From Kondoa subrosea (Eukaryota): a DNA stretch of 64,000 nucleotides. The stretch lies in assembly GCA_039545335.1 (NCBI GenBank), contig BCIN01000009.1:62001-126000 (forward strand). The letters run 5' to 3'. The translations under genes were made by a program, and so were the position numbers. Shown one piece after another: positions 27,881 through 40,458 of the stretch. The notes below the pieces were generated by a model that was not told where the DNA came from, did not search any database, and saw nothing but the letters and a program-made list of their open reading frames with translations. Position 1 is the stretch's first letter; each line of letters opens with the position of its first letter.

Positions 27881-29741
27881 TTAGTGCCTCCATATGCGTA
27901 GCTTTTTATCCCTCCCTCCGCTTGCCACTTTGTCTGCAACAAAATCAACACAATATACTTCGTCTGTATGCCCAGGTAAATCAACCCGTATCTTGTGGGT
28001 TTTCAGGTCCCATAGCTATCGGACACGCAGAATAGCACTTGAGCACACGCTTAAGCACACCCGGCTTCACTGACCTTGAGTGTCGAGTCTTTGCTTGCGC
28101 TAACGAGCATCCTCGAATCCGCCGACCATGATAGCCGATAGACAGCAGCTACATGTCCTCTCAGACTAGCAATGAACCTGTAAGCAAGGAGATCTCATCA
28201 GCAAATCTCTCGCCTGGACAAGCAGAATCAGACGCACTTTCCAGTTTTCCCTTCCCAGAGCTTAACGGAATTATCAAAACTCGCACTAGCTACCAATCTC
28301 CCATCTGGACTGAAAGCAACATGATTCACTTGTTTTTGGTGACCAGTCATTCGAGCTAAAGGTTTCTTTGGGTTCGTTATCGTTTCGCTCGAGTTGATTG
28401 GATGCCAAAGGAAGAGAGTGTGATCGTCTGAGCCAGAGATGAGTTGTTCTGGTGATGAAGAGGTAAACTTGGAGTAGCGCTTGAGTGCAAGCGATTTGGC
28501 TGCAGAGGGGTATCAGTCAGAATAATCTCTTCTATGAAGGGCATGGCATACCTTCTTCGTCAGATGCAGGCTGTTTTGCTTTCTCATCATAAGGTCCAGT
28601 TCGCAAGAGGAAATCAGTGTTGAGCGCCAAAGTGTTGACCCAGTGCGCATGTTCCGAAAGTGTTCGTATCAGCTTGCCCTACACATTTACATTAGCAGAG
28701 TTCAACGACTTGCTCATTCAGGATATACCTCTTTCGAATCCCACAATTTGACTGTTCTGTCGCTACTTGCTGTATAGATGACATTCTCGCCGCCCCATCT
28801 CACAACATTGACACTGGCTGTATGTCCGCCCAGAGTGAATGCTTTACTTCTTGCTTTCGGATTCCAAACTATGACAGTAGTGTCTTTCGATGAGGAAGCC
28901 AGTCGCGGCGAAGAAGCATTTCTGCGGGGAGTTAAATCATGTCAAGCTATAATCAGTCGACGTAGGACATCCACTTACGAGTGCACAGGCTCCCAAGCTA
29001 GCGAAGTAATCCATTTCGAATGACCTTTGAGCGTTTCGCCTGTCTGCTTGCCAGTTTTCGGATCCCAAATCCTGATTGTTTTGTCCATACTGCCTGTTGC
29101 TAATTCTCTTTCCATTCCATCCCATTCTACACACAATACCCAGCCAGTATGACCAGTCAGGTTGTGTCGAGGTGTTTCTGTATCTAGATCCCAAATTCGA
29201 GCTGTATTGTCGCCGGAACCAGTTGCTAGATTTCGACCAGTAGGTGAGAAAGATGCGCAGAGAATAGCAGCTCCATGACCTGATCATTATCCTTTCATGA
29301 GCTGTCATCTCGTGGACAGAGTCAAGATGAAGTACCATCTAGACTTGAGCTACATCTGTTGATTTCCCTGACTCGAAAAATAGCTTCAGGTTCACAAGCG
29401 ACCGTAAGGATATCTTCAGTTGATATCAGATCCGGATGTTCCCTCAGTGACACTTGGAGTGATTTATCGATAGTCAATTTGAGACTTTCTGCTCCTTCTT
29501 TTGCAACGGAGACATGGAAAGCAAAAGGTACTGGATCATCAGAGGTACCTCGAAGGTTGTTGGCCAATAATTCTAAGCCTTGCTTGCCTGTATCGCTTGG
29601 TAGAGAAACTGGAGGACCCAATGCAGCTCCTTGAGCGTCGGTGAATTGGACAATGACATTCTGAACAGGTGTAAGAGGAGTTTCTGGAGCGCTTGCATTG
29701 AGTCTAGAACGCTTGGGAGGCGGAGGAATGACTGTAGCCAT
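27881..29741 (-). CDS. RSA4: Ribosome assembly protein Rsa4 / Notchless (NLE + WD40)
   Basis: MATVIPPPPKR, NLE domain ending EPEAIFRVREINRCSSSLDGH, WD repeats HAHWVNTLALNTDFLLRTG, C-terminal DLPGHTDEVYCVDFVADKVASGGRDKKLRIWRH*. Confidence 0.95.
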
Positions 29742-30198
29742 GCTTCAAGAAAAAAGATAGATTGCAGCCGAAAAACAGAGAACGGTATTAGAAGCTTTGA
29801 AGGTAAGCTCGTGAGGGTATAAGAGGCTTGGGTAGTGCTTCCTAGAGGTATTCAGCAGTAGCTCGTTGCAGTAGAACAGCTTTCAAGCAATTTTCATTTT
29901 ATCTTCTTCTTCCTGCACCGTCATGCATTCGCATTCACATTTTGATGCGCGACAGCTAGTGTAAAGCTGTACTCAGCCAAGAAAGCGGATGAACCTGGCC
30001 CACTACTGCGCTGTAGAAACGCGCGCTTCCGAGCGAGACTAGAGCTTCACATCTATCATAGATACTTACTCCTATCCGTTTGAGCGGCTGTTGCCTTGTC
30101 CTTCTTTACTCTTTTCTTCTGCCACTACATTTCGTGCTTTGAATCTTTTATTCATACATTATCTCATCGGTCCTTTACAATATCACATTCTTTTGACT

Positions 30199-31509
30199 AT
30201 GCATCATTCCGCTCCTTTTACCATCACCATGCGTATGTGAACAAAGTCTCTCGATGGCTAGGCTTATGTTTATATCTAGCTGTTTTAGGCGACTCTACCT
30301 TCCAGCTATCTCACGAACAGATAGTATACGACTCTCCCAACATCTTCACGACCGCTTTCTTGGAAGACGACTGGACAGAATCTGAAAGCAAGACTATGAA
30401 ACTCGATCGCTCTCCTGAACTCTTCAAATTGATCACAGAATACATGCGTTCGTGATTCCATGACCCATTGCTGCAAATTTGACTTTGGGAATAGATGGCT
30501 ATACCATCTTAGCAATTGATGCTGGCAATTGTCCAGCAGGCATGTCAATCTCATCAGCAACAGCAAACCTAAAAGCCGACGCTCTTTACTATGGATTGGA
30601 CAATTTGGTCTCCCTTCTGACACCTTCCGCTCCTTCTACACCAATTGCTCCTGCTGCACCTTTCCTGGCTCCATTGGACTTCAGTCGCGAATCTTGGAAA
30701 GGCTCTACGGCGGCTTTGACTGGACCTATATCCCTTTCAAATGTGCAAGGCAAATTAGCCGGTGCAGGCTTGACGGAGAAAGGGTTTGTGCAAATGGAAT
30801 CCGTACCTAAAGCGATTGTCTTCAGTGCGGAAAAAGTTCACGTCAAGTTTGTCGTTTCCGAAGCAGACAGAAGCGAGACTGACCCTGATCATAGGCTTAT
30901 CATCAACGGACAACATGGGATCATCGACGCCCAATGGACGGCCCTCATGCCAAATGATCGAGCCAGACTACAAGCTGTACGCCTCCATTGCAGATTCTGT
31001 CTCGGAGTAGCTGATACAGGAAGTACAGATCATACCTGACTCACCCCTAGGAGAGACTCTGAAGACGGTTTGTGTGCAGGGATCAATCAATAGGTGAGTT
31101 ATTCTTCTGTGTCACTTGAATAGTAGCTCATTCTCAACACAGACAAATCACGCTGACCTACGGCAACCATTCTTGCAATTTCGATTCCTTACTCAAATAC
31201 GTAGTGGGGAACGTTACAAGACAAGAGTCGACTCAATCGACTGCCGCAAGTGCTTCGCCTCTCGACGAATTGTTTGGCGAAAGCTACAAGCAAGCTTCTA
31301 ACCTAGATCCAGTTCATCTCTCTTTCGTTTGCGAAAAACTGCTTTTCTGCATCTTCAACGGCGGAGCAGTGGATACGCCTATTCCTGGAGCTTACATCGC
31401 ACCTATTTTGATAAGCGGCGCTCAGAATATGAGCCAGTACTGGTCGACAATCGCAAGCTCAATACTGTATCTGGTCTTGCCTGTTGATACGAACCTTGTA
31501 CCGCTGTAA
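30199..31509 (+). CDS. BTB/POZ-domain protein (fungal KCTD-like)
   Basis: FTIT..STFQLSHEQIVYDSPNIFTTAF..ES.SKTMKLDRSPELFKLITEYM.GYTIL..NLKADALYYGLDNL matches the T1/BTB pattern. C-terminal region unknown. Confidence 0.7.
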
Positions 31510-31585
31510 TTAATGTAGCAGATCTAGAAGTGTAATAATAATGCAATAATGCAGGTGAAATTTTATTGTAATGCTATGCAAAGAT

Positions 31586-34500
31586 CTACTTTATCGCAAC
31601 ACCTGCTGCGGCGAGATGCTGTTCGAAGGCCTGCTTAAACTCTGGTCCTATGCTTGCCATCAACGCAGGGAACTGTTTTGTCGATCAGTTGTGCGCCCAT
31701 GCACCTGAGCGGGACAACTTACTTTGCCTGGACTGGCTTGAGAAGCTGCAGCCAAAGATTTTGTGAGATACTCTCTTGCGTCCGGAATAGCCGCGACTGG
31801 ATCTCTTTTTGCCGGTTCGGAAGCTCCAAGTTTGGAGAAAGATGCTTGGTAGCCCAATTCATCTGGGTCGACAACTGCTACATCGTCTTCCTGTGTTGTG
31901 GAAAGGTCTTGAGGCAGCAAGAACAACTTGAGCAGAGCCTCCATTGTTGCCGGCCTATAATATATAAGCCTCGTGCATGTCATAGCACGATGTACATACC
32001 ATTGTTGAACAGTTGGCTCGCTCAGCATACGCGTACTTTGCGTCAGTAGTTTGGCTAGACCGACAGCTACATTCTTGCGGTCCCTTGCTGGTGTCTTTTG
32101 CATATCCGGCCTAATATTCTTGAGCACTTCACCGAATATGCTGTGAGCGGAATGAAGTTTGAGCTTCGTTTAGCTCATCAGAATGTCGGTCCTACCCTGG
32201 TTGAACTCCATCGAAAGCTGCAATGATCTCATCCGATCCAAAGCCTTCCCTTCCAATGGCAATGGTCGTGAACAGAGCTTTGATGAAACCTTGGACCCAT
32301 CTTTCCGTCCGCTTTTGCATAAGTCTTGTCAAAAGGATGATGACCATATCTCGAAGAATAGCATTGAGAGCAGGTCTGTAGATCAAGCACAAGAGAAATC
32401 AGTATCAGATTGATTGTTCGATTGCTTACTTACACAGGGACATTTTCAAATATGCCCTCGACGAGATCGCAAGTAACAGCATCATGGGTTTTCCCGCTTT
32501 CGTTCAAGAACCGAACGATATCCTTTACTGCTCCCAATTGGTTGTTGGCCACAATCACAGCTGATCCTTTTGCCAACATAGCTCGCATTAATCGAACAAG
32601 TGCAGGAACATTTCCTCTTTGTGTCCAAAGTTGACCCATAAGTAGAGGACCTATTAGGCTTTGGTATGTGTCTGGCATCGTGTCGGAGTGCATCTCAAGT
32701 AGTTGCGAGAGGATCTGGAAGACGAAAGGTGAGAACTCTGTAGGAGCGAAACAAACAAGGATCAGCTTCATATACGGATCACCGTTTGCAGTCACCCACC
32801 TGTAACATCTTGCTGCAAGATATAAGTGAAAGGTGGGAACAAAGCAGCTTCAAAATCGGGCAATGTAGCTGGATTTCCAGCAACGACAAATCTGTAAGAG
32901 AGAATTGCACATAAGCTGCATCAGCTTATGGCTCAGATATCCTCACCTGACTAGTGCAGCAATACTTTCGAAAGCGAATTGATTAAATTTAGGGTTACTC
33001 GGATTCTTGCTGACTTCCGTCAATATGCCAACAAGATGTTGTAGTACAGTGCTGTAGATGGGTGTGAGGGCTTGTCGAGCAGTGATGATTACTCTCATAA
33101 CACCTGTGCAGATCTCACTGATGAATCCCAAAAGGGAATGAAAAGCAAGCAACGCACATTTCATCAAATAATCATTCTGAGCAATCTTTTCCGGTGTATC
33201 GCCACTTTCGATAACTTTGAGTAGAGCGACAATGATGTTTCCCGCTGATGATCGAACATCCGCTTGAGTGAACATAAGCTGACCATCCTTTTTGATATAC
33301 AGGATTCTTTCGATCGTTATTGCTGCATAAGTGTGAATGACATAGGCTGGGCTTTCGAGATGTGGTGTAAGCATGGGTAAGACGGATAAGAGTTGTTCTT
33401 TCGATAGCTGTATGTTTTCCAATGTCTCCTCAGCAACAGACATTGCCAACAGAAATTCGAACACATACTTGATTTCGGAAGGTATAGAGGAACTTAATTG
33501 CGTCAGCTTGAATGATAGGATGTGTTGTGCCAGGAGCAGCTTGTAGTTCTTGCACAACATGTTCAGAGAAGAAGCGAATCACATCAACCAGTGCATTGGT
33601 AGAAGTTACACCATGCTTTCAGGAATTGTCCTTCAGTCATGTGCGGACTGTATGCATGTATCCACTGACCTGCGTAGATGAACTCCTAGAAGCGATAGAA
33701 GTAAGCAAGAAGATAGCCGTATCTTTCGCTTTCCAGTTCTCTTTCGGATTCGAAGTGTATTGACCTAGATAAGCTGATATATAGCGAGAAATAATGCTGG
33801 TAACTTGTTGTTCGAATTGCTGCATCAAAGCTTGAGTGAAATCCGCCGCTGCTTGTCTTCGAGTTTCGCTATCTGTAGAACATGGCAAACTCTGTTAAGC
33901 TATATCATAGCAAAGAGATCTCATGTCCTACCTGTTCCTTCCAAATCCCGCTGCAGATACTCCAGAGGTGCTTCTTCGAAAAGTTCTTCCTCAAATTCAC
34001 GTAAAGCCATATTCGGTAAGATGATTCGCTCGCAGAATGATTCTAATGTCGCGTCAGCTGAAAAGAGGTCTTGTTTTCCAGGCATCTTGACTACAACAGA
34101 AAGGAATTTGACAGCTTTGCTAACCAACTGTAAATCGAAACAAAAACTGCAATCAGCCTGAGCTGAAGTCCAGTGTCGCTCGCACTTACGATATCGTATT
34201 TTTGACCTGAACCAAGAGAAGTGACCATAGTCCAGACTGTTTCCACAAATTGATCCATCTGAGGGAAAACGTCTTGATATCGCTGAGAATAGAGTTCGAC
34301 GATTTCACAAATCGACGCTCTGATCTTTTCCCAATCTCCTGCTTCTTCATCATCTTCATCGTTGGCTGCAGCGGTAGGCATTTGCCAAGTCAAGTATTTG
34401 TGTAACAGAGCCATGAATGCGGCCATGTTGTCTTCGAAGAATTCAGGTAGATCTTGAGAATTGAGATCGTAGAAGATTTGTAGGAGTAGTAGAAGGGTTT

Positions 34501-35288
34501 TAGCTAAAGTTGCTGGATCCGCTGGAGAGGGTAAGGGTGTAGGAGAAGAAAGTAATTCGTCTGTTCGTTGAAAAATAGCGAGGAAAGGTGCGCAGAATCG
34601 TTCTAGGACGAATTTGATCACCAGGAAAAGACCATCTGAGCGGAATTGAGATCGCCATCTATTCATTTCCTTGTGCTATTAGCCTCGCGTAAGAGGTTGA
34701 TAAGATCGCAAACCTTTTGAAAATAGAATGAGCAGTCTGAAGCACTGCATTGTTGAGCACAAAGTTATCTTGAGATAGATTAGCGATTAATTGCTGTGAT
34801 TGCATTGTATCAGCAAGCATGAGAACGCGCATGAGTGCATACTTACATCAACCAGATCTGACCACTCTTCTGGAAAGTCTGCAGCAGCCATGATACTGAT
34901 AGCTTCGCCTATTTGTATCTGAAGAGCAGGCTGGTCTGCTAAGCTGATCATGACGGGTATCACTTGAGCTTTCAGTGCTTGTCTATCTGCCATCGGGACA
35001 GGCGCGATAATGGCTTCATCTTCCTGCAAGATCCTGTCCTTATAAGCTGAAGCACAGCTTTACACGACAAGGATCACTTGCAGCTTTCCAATTGCCTTTA
35101 ACATAATTCTTGTAAAGCAAAGCAGCAGCTTGTCTGACGCTTCTATCGACTCCAGCTGGCTGAGTGAGCTGCAAAGGCATTAAACCAAATCCAGGCTGCC
35201 TTTGCATAGCTTCCAGAGCTCGTTCTGCTTCTCTTCGAATAGTTGGGTCATGCGACAAAGTGCCAGTCAACAATTGTGTGAGATCCAT
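31586..35288 (-). CDS. CSE1: Exportin-2 / importin-alpha re-exporter Cse1
   Basis: IBN_N (RQAAALLYKNYVKGNW), DFPEEW..L, RWRSQFRSDGLFLVIKFVL, DLNSQDLPEFFEDNM, DSETRRQAAADF, WKAKDTAIFL, SKNPSNPKFNQFAFES, LWTQRGNVPALVRL. Confidence 0.97.
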
Positions 35289-35454
35289 CTTGTGCTGGAT
35301 TTAAGCGTGTAGACTGGTCTTTGAGTGACACAGAGAGCTTGCAGCCTGAGATTAGATGGAGGTAGGCGGAAAAGAGACTCGAACGAAAAACAACGCGAAG
35401 CTCAAGTTGGAGCAGCCACTGACTGACAGCTACATACGCCTCTAGATAGCACTC

Positions 35455-36735
35455 ATGAGTTTCTCTCTATCATCTAAGATTACTGTCCGTTTGCCTTTCT
35501 TCCTTTTGCTTTCTCGTGCATGAGTTGACTAGTCTGCGGTCATCGATAGTTGGCTTCTGGTGATTGCTCTGTCTTCTGCCTCAGTTTTGTGTTCATTGTG
35601 TCTCGATTAGGCCTACAAATGCCTCGCTTTGGTATCGGGACTTATGAATCATCTGGTTCAGAAGCCTATTCAAGCGTGTTACATGCTCTGAGAATAGGCT
35701 ATAGGTGCTTCATTTCCTCATACGATTGTTCCTCAGACACTCATTCTCATTCTTATACACCTGTAAGATTGATCGATACCGCTGGTTAGTCATTATAGAG
35801 CTAGAACCTATGACGAATCTTAATGCTGGGTTCAGAATGGTATGGCAATGAGCAAGACTGCGGTCGTGCATTAAATACCTTCATCAAAGAGAGTGGTGTA
35901 CCTCGTGAAGAGATCTTTTATACTACAAAAAGTAAGTTCTGCTTTTCGCTGTATGTTTCGGTATTGACAGGACCCATAGTCATGACCAATAGTACTGAAG
36001 CGCATGCTACCTCCGTGATTGACAAGTCACTGAAACTAGCTGGCGTAAGTTTATTTTGCCTTGGCTTTCTTTCCGCTGATCATTATTTCGAACAGCTATC
36101 TTATATTGACCTCTTCCTGATTCATTCCCCTTACCCAAACAAACAAGCTCGTCTCGATACTTGGCGAGCGATGGAGAAAGCAAAAGCTCAAGGCAAGATC
36201 AAAGCTTTAGGGGTATCGAATTATGGGAAACGTCATATTGAAGAACTTCAAGGTTCGAAAGAGAAATGTGAAGTGAATCAAATCGATGCGCATCCGTTCA
36301 TGAGAAGATTGGACGAAGAGAGTTACTTGAAAGAAAATGGAATAGCTTTGATGGCGTGGGGTTGTTTGGCTAGGGGTTATGTATGTCGAAGTATACCTTA
36401 ATCTCTTGACGCTTATCTGACTATTATGGATGTACATAGAAATTCAGGGATCCTGCGTTGGTCAAAGTAGCACAGAAACACTCAAAGACAACAGCTCAAG
36501 TTTTGCTTCGTTGGGGATTGCAGCAAGGTATTTCAATCCCACTTTCTTTGTGAATGATAGTTAATAGCGTTATTTAGACTTCATTCTCATTCCTAAGAGT
36601 GTCAAGAATGCAAGAGTGGAAGAGAACACCAAGATCTTTGATTTTGAATTGGATGCTCAAGATATGAAAGACCTAGATGGTCTAGACGAGCATCTGGTAA
36701 CGGATTGGGATCCTATAGGTGATCGAAAAGTATAG
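35455..36735 (+). CDS. Aldo-keto reductase (AKR5-like)
   Basis: MPRFGIGTY, GYRLIDTAEWYGNE, REEIFYTTK, YIDLFLIHSP, GKIKALGVSNYG, QVLLRWGLQQ..LIPKSV. Confidence 0.93.
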
Positions 36736-36808
36736 ATTAGCTAACGTCCCGATGTAAAGCGCAGCGAATATCTGTTACAATGCAAGAATAGACATGCAAA
36801 CCATCATC

Positions 36809-39172
36809 CTACCAGCTCAAGTTTTCCGAATAATAGTCTATACATGTTTCTTTCGTGCTCAGCTGCACACATGCTGCTCTACAATCATCATTCATCGCAG
36901 GTCTGTATGGAGAATAAGCCCAGACACGTCAAACATCGTGATTGACTTACGGTCCGCAACATACAATGGCAAGTTTCTCATTATCACTCATTACTTTGCG
37001 TTCTTTCTGTATAATCTCCTCGCAAGAGGGCCTTCGCATCCCAACAATAAGCTTGATACCGCTTGATCTGATTCTTTCCAGCATCGCGGCATGTTTGGGA
37101 TTGACTTCTCTCAATGAACCGTGCAGGACGCATATGGTTATTGGAGCTGATTGACTTGCTACAAGCAGATTGTCCAAGGCACAATGCAAATCGACCAGAT
37201 CTCTGATAACCCATGTAAGACTTATCAATGCAGACTTCGTTTCGCAAGCATCTTCAAACAACGCCAGAACACCGGAAATACCTACACCGCCAGCGATAAA
37301 GCAAATTCGATTGTAGCTGGAGAGGTTGACTTGATGTCCATAGGGACCTTCGATGAGCACCTTATGGCAGAGATGTGCTTGTCTTTGAGCTAGATAGAGT
37401 AACCGACGAGTCATGCCGTTGAATGGTCTTATATACAGAACGATCTTCTTATCGTCTGCAGACAGCAGATATTTGCTCTCTTCTTCGTTGCCTAACCAAA
37501 GTTCGCTCAGAGTGGGTATTGCTGAGGTGCTCGGGGCAGAAGAGGATCGGTAGGAGACGATAGAGAAAGGATGACTTTGCCAAAAATAGGAGTCGAGAAG
37601 ATGTAAGAAGATGTATTGACCAGGTTTAAAGATGAAATTTCTTGCCGGGCGAATTTCAACGCGGATGTATTCTCCTTGGACAGATAATTGAGCTGAACTG
37701 CAGGAGAGGCCTGACTTCTTGTGCCATGTCAGATTGTAGTAGGCAAGTCGACCTAATCTGATGATTCTGTCGCTTATCCAAAAAGCACAAGAGACGTAGA
37801 GCTGCGATCTTGTGAGCACGAGGATCTATCGACTGTCCAGATACTGACCCATGGCATAGATTCCCAAAGTTCCAGTAAGCCGATGTGATACCAAAGACCG
37901 GACAGAAAAGTGATTGAAAGCGCGATGTGCAAGTACAGGAAAGCCTCGTAGGCCAGCTGTCGATAGTAATGCACGCCCTGAATAAGAATGACGATGCCTG
38001 ACGAAAAGGCCTGATAAACTAATTCAGCTTATGACATACAAAGTAGCAAAGCGTTATCTCACCATTATGCCAAAATTCAGGTAAGGTCGGGAAACCAATC
38101 TTTCGATTAAGTGTTGGAATCCTCCTTCGCGCATAAATATAGCCGAATAGCCAACAGTATGCACAAGAGATTGAAAGATGACGACTCTTCCGATCCATTT
38201 GTGAAAGCTATGAAGGTTGGGTATCAGTTCAGAATCGAAAGAAAGAAAACACATATTACACGTTGAAGCTGTCAAATCTGCTTCCGCTCATCCACATAAG
38301 AACATGATTCCTTCCTCCGAAAGCAATCATCAGAGGCATATTTGCAATAGCTAATATTCCTGATCGATCCGAGATATATCTCAGACCCTGTCCCAACGTG
38401 TCCTTGGGCCAGAACACATTTGTTTTGAAGATTTCCAAGTCGAAAAAGAGAGCAGCAACATTGATCGCGACATAAATGGTTAGAAGGATGCTTTGTAGTC
38501 GGTTAGGGTAAGAAAGTGTGAAGCGCCCAATTGTTCCTTTGACTGCGTTTCTGCGTAATAGTGCAGGCGCGAGGGCATACTTCTTTGTATAATGGAGGAG
38601 AGACGTGCTGAATCGAGATGAAAATAGATTTGAAATACCAGAGACAAGGCAGATCAGAATAGTCAGGATAGCCAGGAGGATACTGTGTTTATATCTTAAC
38701 TAAGCTGTAGTAGAAACTCCTACATACTTACTTACCCGACATTTGAAGCAATGGTCAAGTTATTCCTGAATGCATATGTGGCCTTATAAAGTGGTTGGAA
38801 GACTTTGCCAGGTATTCGTACAGGCTGCACGAGGGCAAGCGAAACGTTTGAGGGGTAGTCTTGTATCGTACGAATCGTTTCCAAGATCTCTGTGAAGCTA
38901 CCGTCTTGCGGTTTCTCTTGATGGTTACAAATTGTTTTTACGGTCCATTCACTCAAAGCAGACTCGCAGTAATCTCGCACGCACAGTGCGACAGATTGTA
39001 GAAATGGTAAAGATGAGCAGAGACAATTATAATAGGCCGATCGGGAAGATGTAGAGAGAGCATGGCAGGAGCTGTAGTGTAAGCTGCTCACTGCCATTAA
39101 ACAGACCTCACCACAATACGGTCGTGGCACAGCTGAAATACTGGACGGAGATGTAACATGCTGCCAGCGCAT
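36809..39172 (-). CDS. Ferric reductase-like transmembrane flavocytochrome (FRE family)
   Basis: Cys-rich N-terminal region, DRSGILAIANMP..FGGRN, heme His pairs FHKWIGR..LVH and LHIAL..WYH, FAD motif QSHPFSI, VLIEGPYG, NADPH motif FIAGGVGI, CCGP, terminal ENLSW*. Start uncertain. Confidence 0.92.
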
Positions 39173-40458
39173 ATTATGGGAGTACAGAACAAGAAGGAAA
39201 GGAAAGCTTGGCCATCAATCATCTCCAGCCAATCGCAAGACGAGAGCATTTCATTGGCTCGCGGTAGCATCGACTTGTGCATGGATCATCAGGCGTAGAA
39301 CGCTGATAACATAGACAAAGATTTGTACGCTTGATGCTGATATGGCTGCACCGAGATAACTTCCGAGGTTGTTGAATTCATGAAGGTTGTACTCGAACCG
39401 GTACGAGACTGCTTTAATATCCCTGGACTGTTCTTGATATTCCGTCTCTACTCCACGAATGGCTTCAGACCTGTTCTACACAGGTCTCGTCTTCTCTCGA
39501 GCATCTAATTCGAGTTCACAATGCGCTCGGCAAGATCGCATATCTGGTGGTGTACCTTGTTCTGCTTTCTCATCTCGCTTATCTTTGGGTCGCTCTAAAC
39601 ACAAGGAGTTTTCAGCTTCTTCTGCTCATAAGCCATCTTGTACTTGAAGTGTCATCTTCTTTGAATACAATGTTTCATTGAGTCTGTTGCTGCAAGCCAT
39701 CAGCGAAGGTGATATCTTATTGAGCTCCACTTCTATACCGGCAACAACTCTGGCAGAGGATCAAATGAATCAAATTGATTTTTATCGAGCAATCTTGTCA
39801 ATTCTTCGCCATAGTTAGCCCAAAGATTCTTAAGTCACTGCTTCAGCAGATCAGAATCGATACCTCACGGCTTCTCTGAACATCATCGAAGTCTGGACAT
39901 TGACATTCGGATGCAGTCTTCCAGATCCAGACTCGATTGGCTAAGCATTCTGGAACAGCTCGGATGTCAGAAGGAGCTTATAGAAGTTGTAAAGGCGAGG
40001 CAGTCATCGTCGGCGGACAGAAGATGCGAGGGAACAAGATGTACCACAAGAAGAGCATAACATTTGCATGAACTGCACAAGTCTACTTCTTCGTGACACC
40101 GAAGTTCACGACGTCAGCTATGAACGTGTTGGCATGCGGATCAGGTCTTGGATCTTTCACAATAGGATCGTCTCCAGTACGCGGCGACTACCGCATCGAG
40201 TCATTTTCTTGGGTGTTGGCTGACCGTTCTTTATTCCGTTTCCTTTTCGAGCTTTCGCGTTCGCTCAAACACAAAGGTTTCTCTTGCTGAATTAAATAAT
40301 GGCGATAAGACTTGGGACGATGGTCTTTCTGATTCGTCTTGCATTGTGTTAGAAACAGGAACGTTCAATATGTAGAGTTATACGATATCAACAATGTCAG
40401 AATCTAAGTATCTAATTGACATAGTATTACTGTTATCTTATGATGGCTAGTTTCCGAT

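Noticed and set aside
17765..39172. HMG1, AKR and ferric reductase as a secondary-metabolite cluster
   Set aside because: No terpene synthase, PKS or NRPS backbone gene, and they are interspersed with unrelated housekeeping genes.
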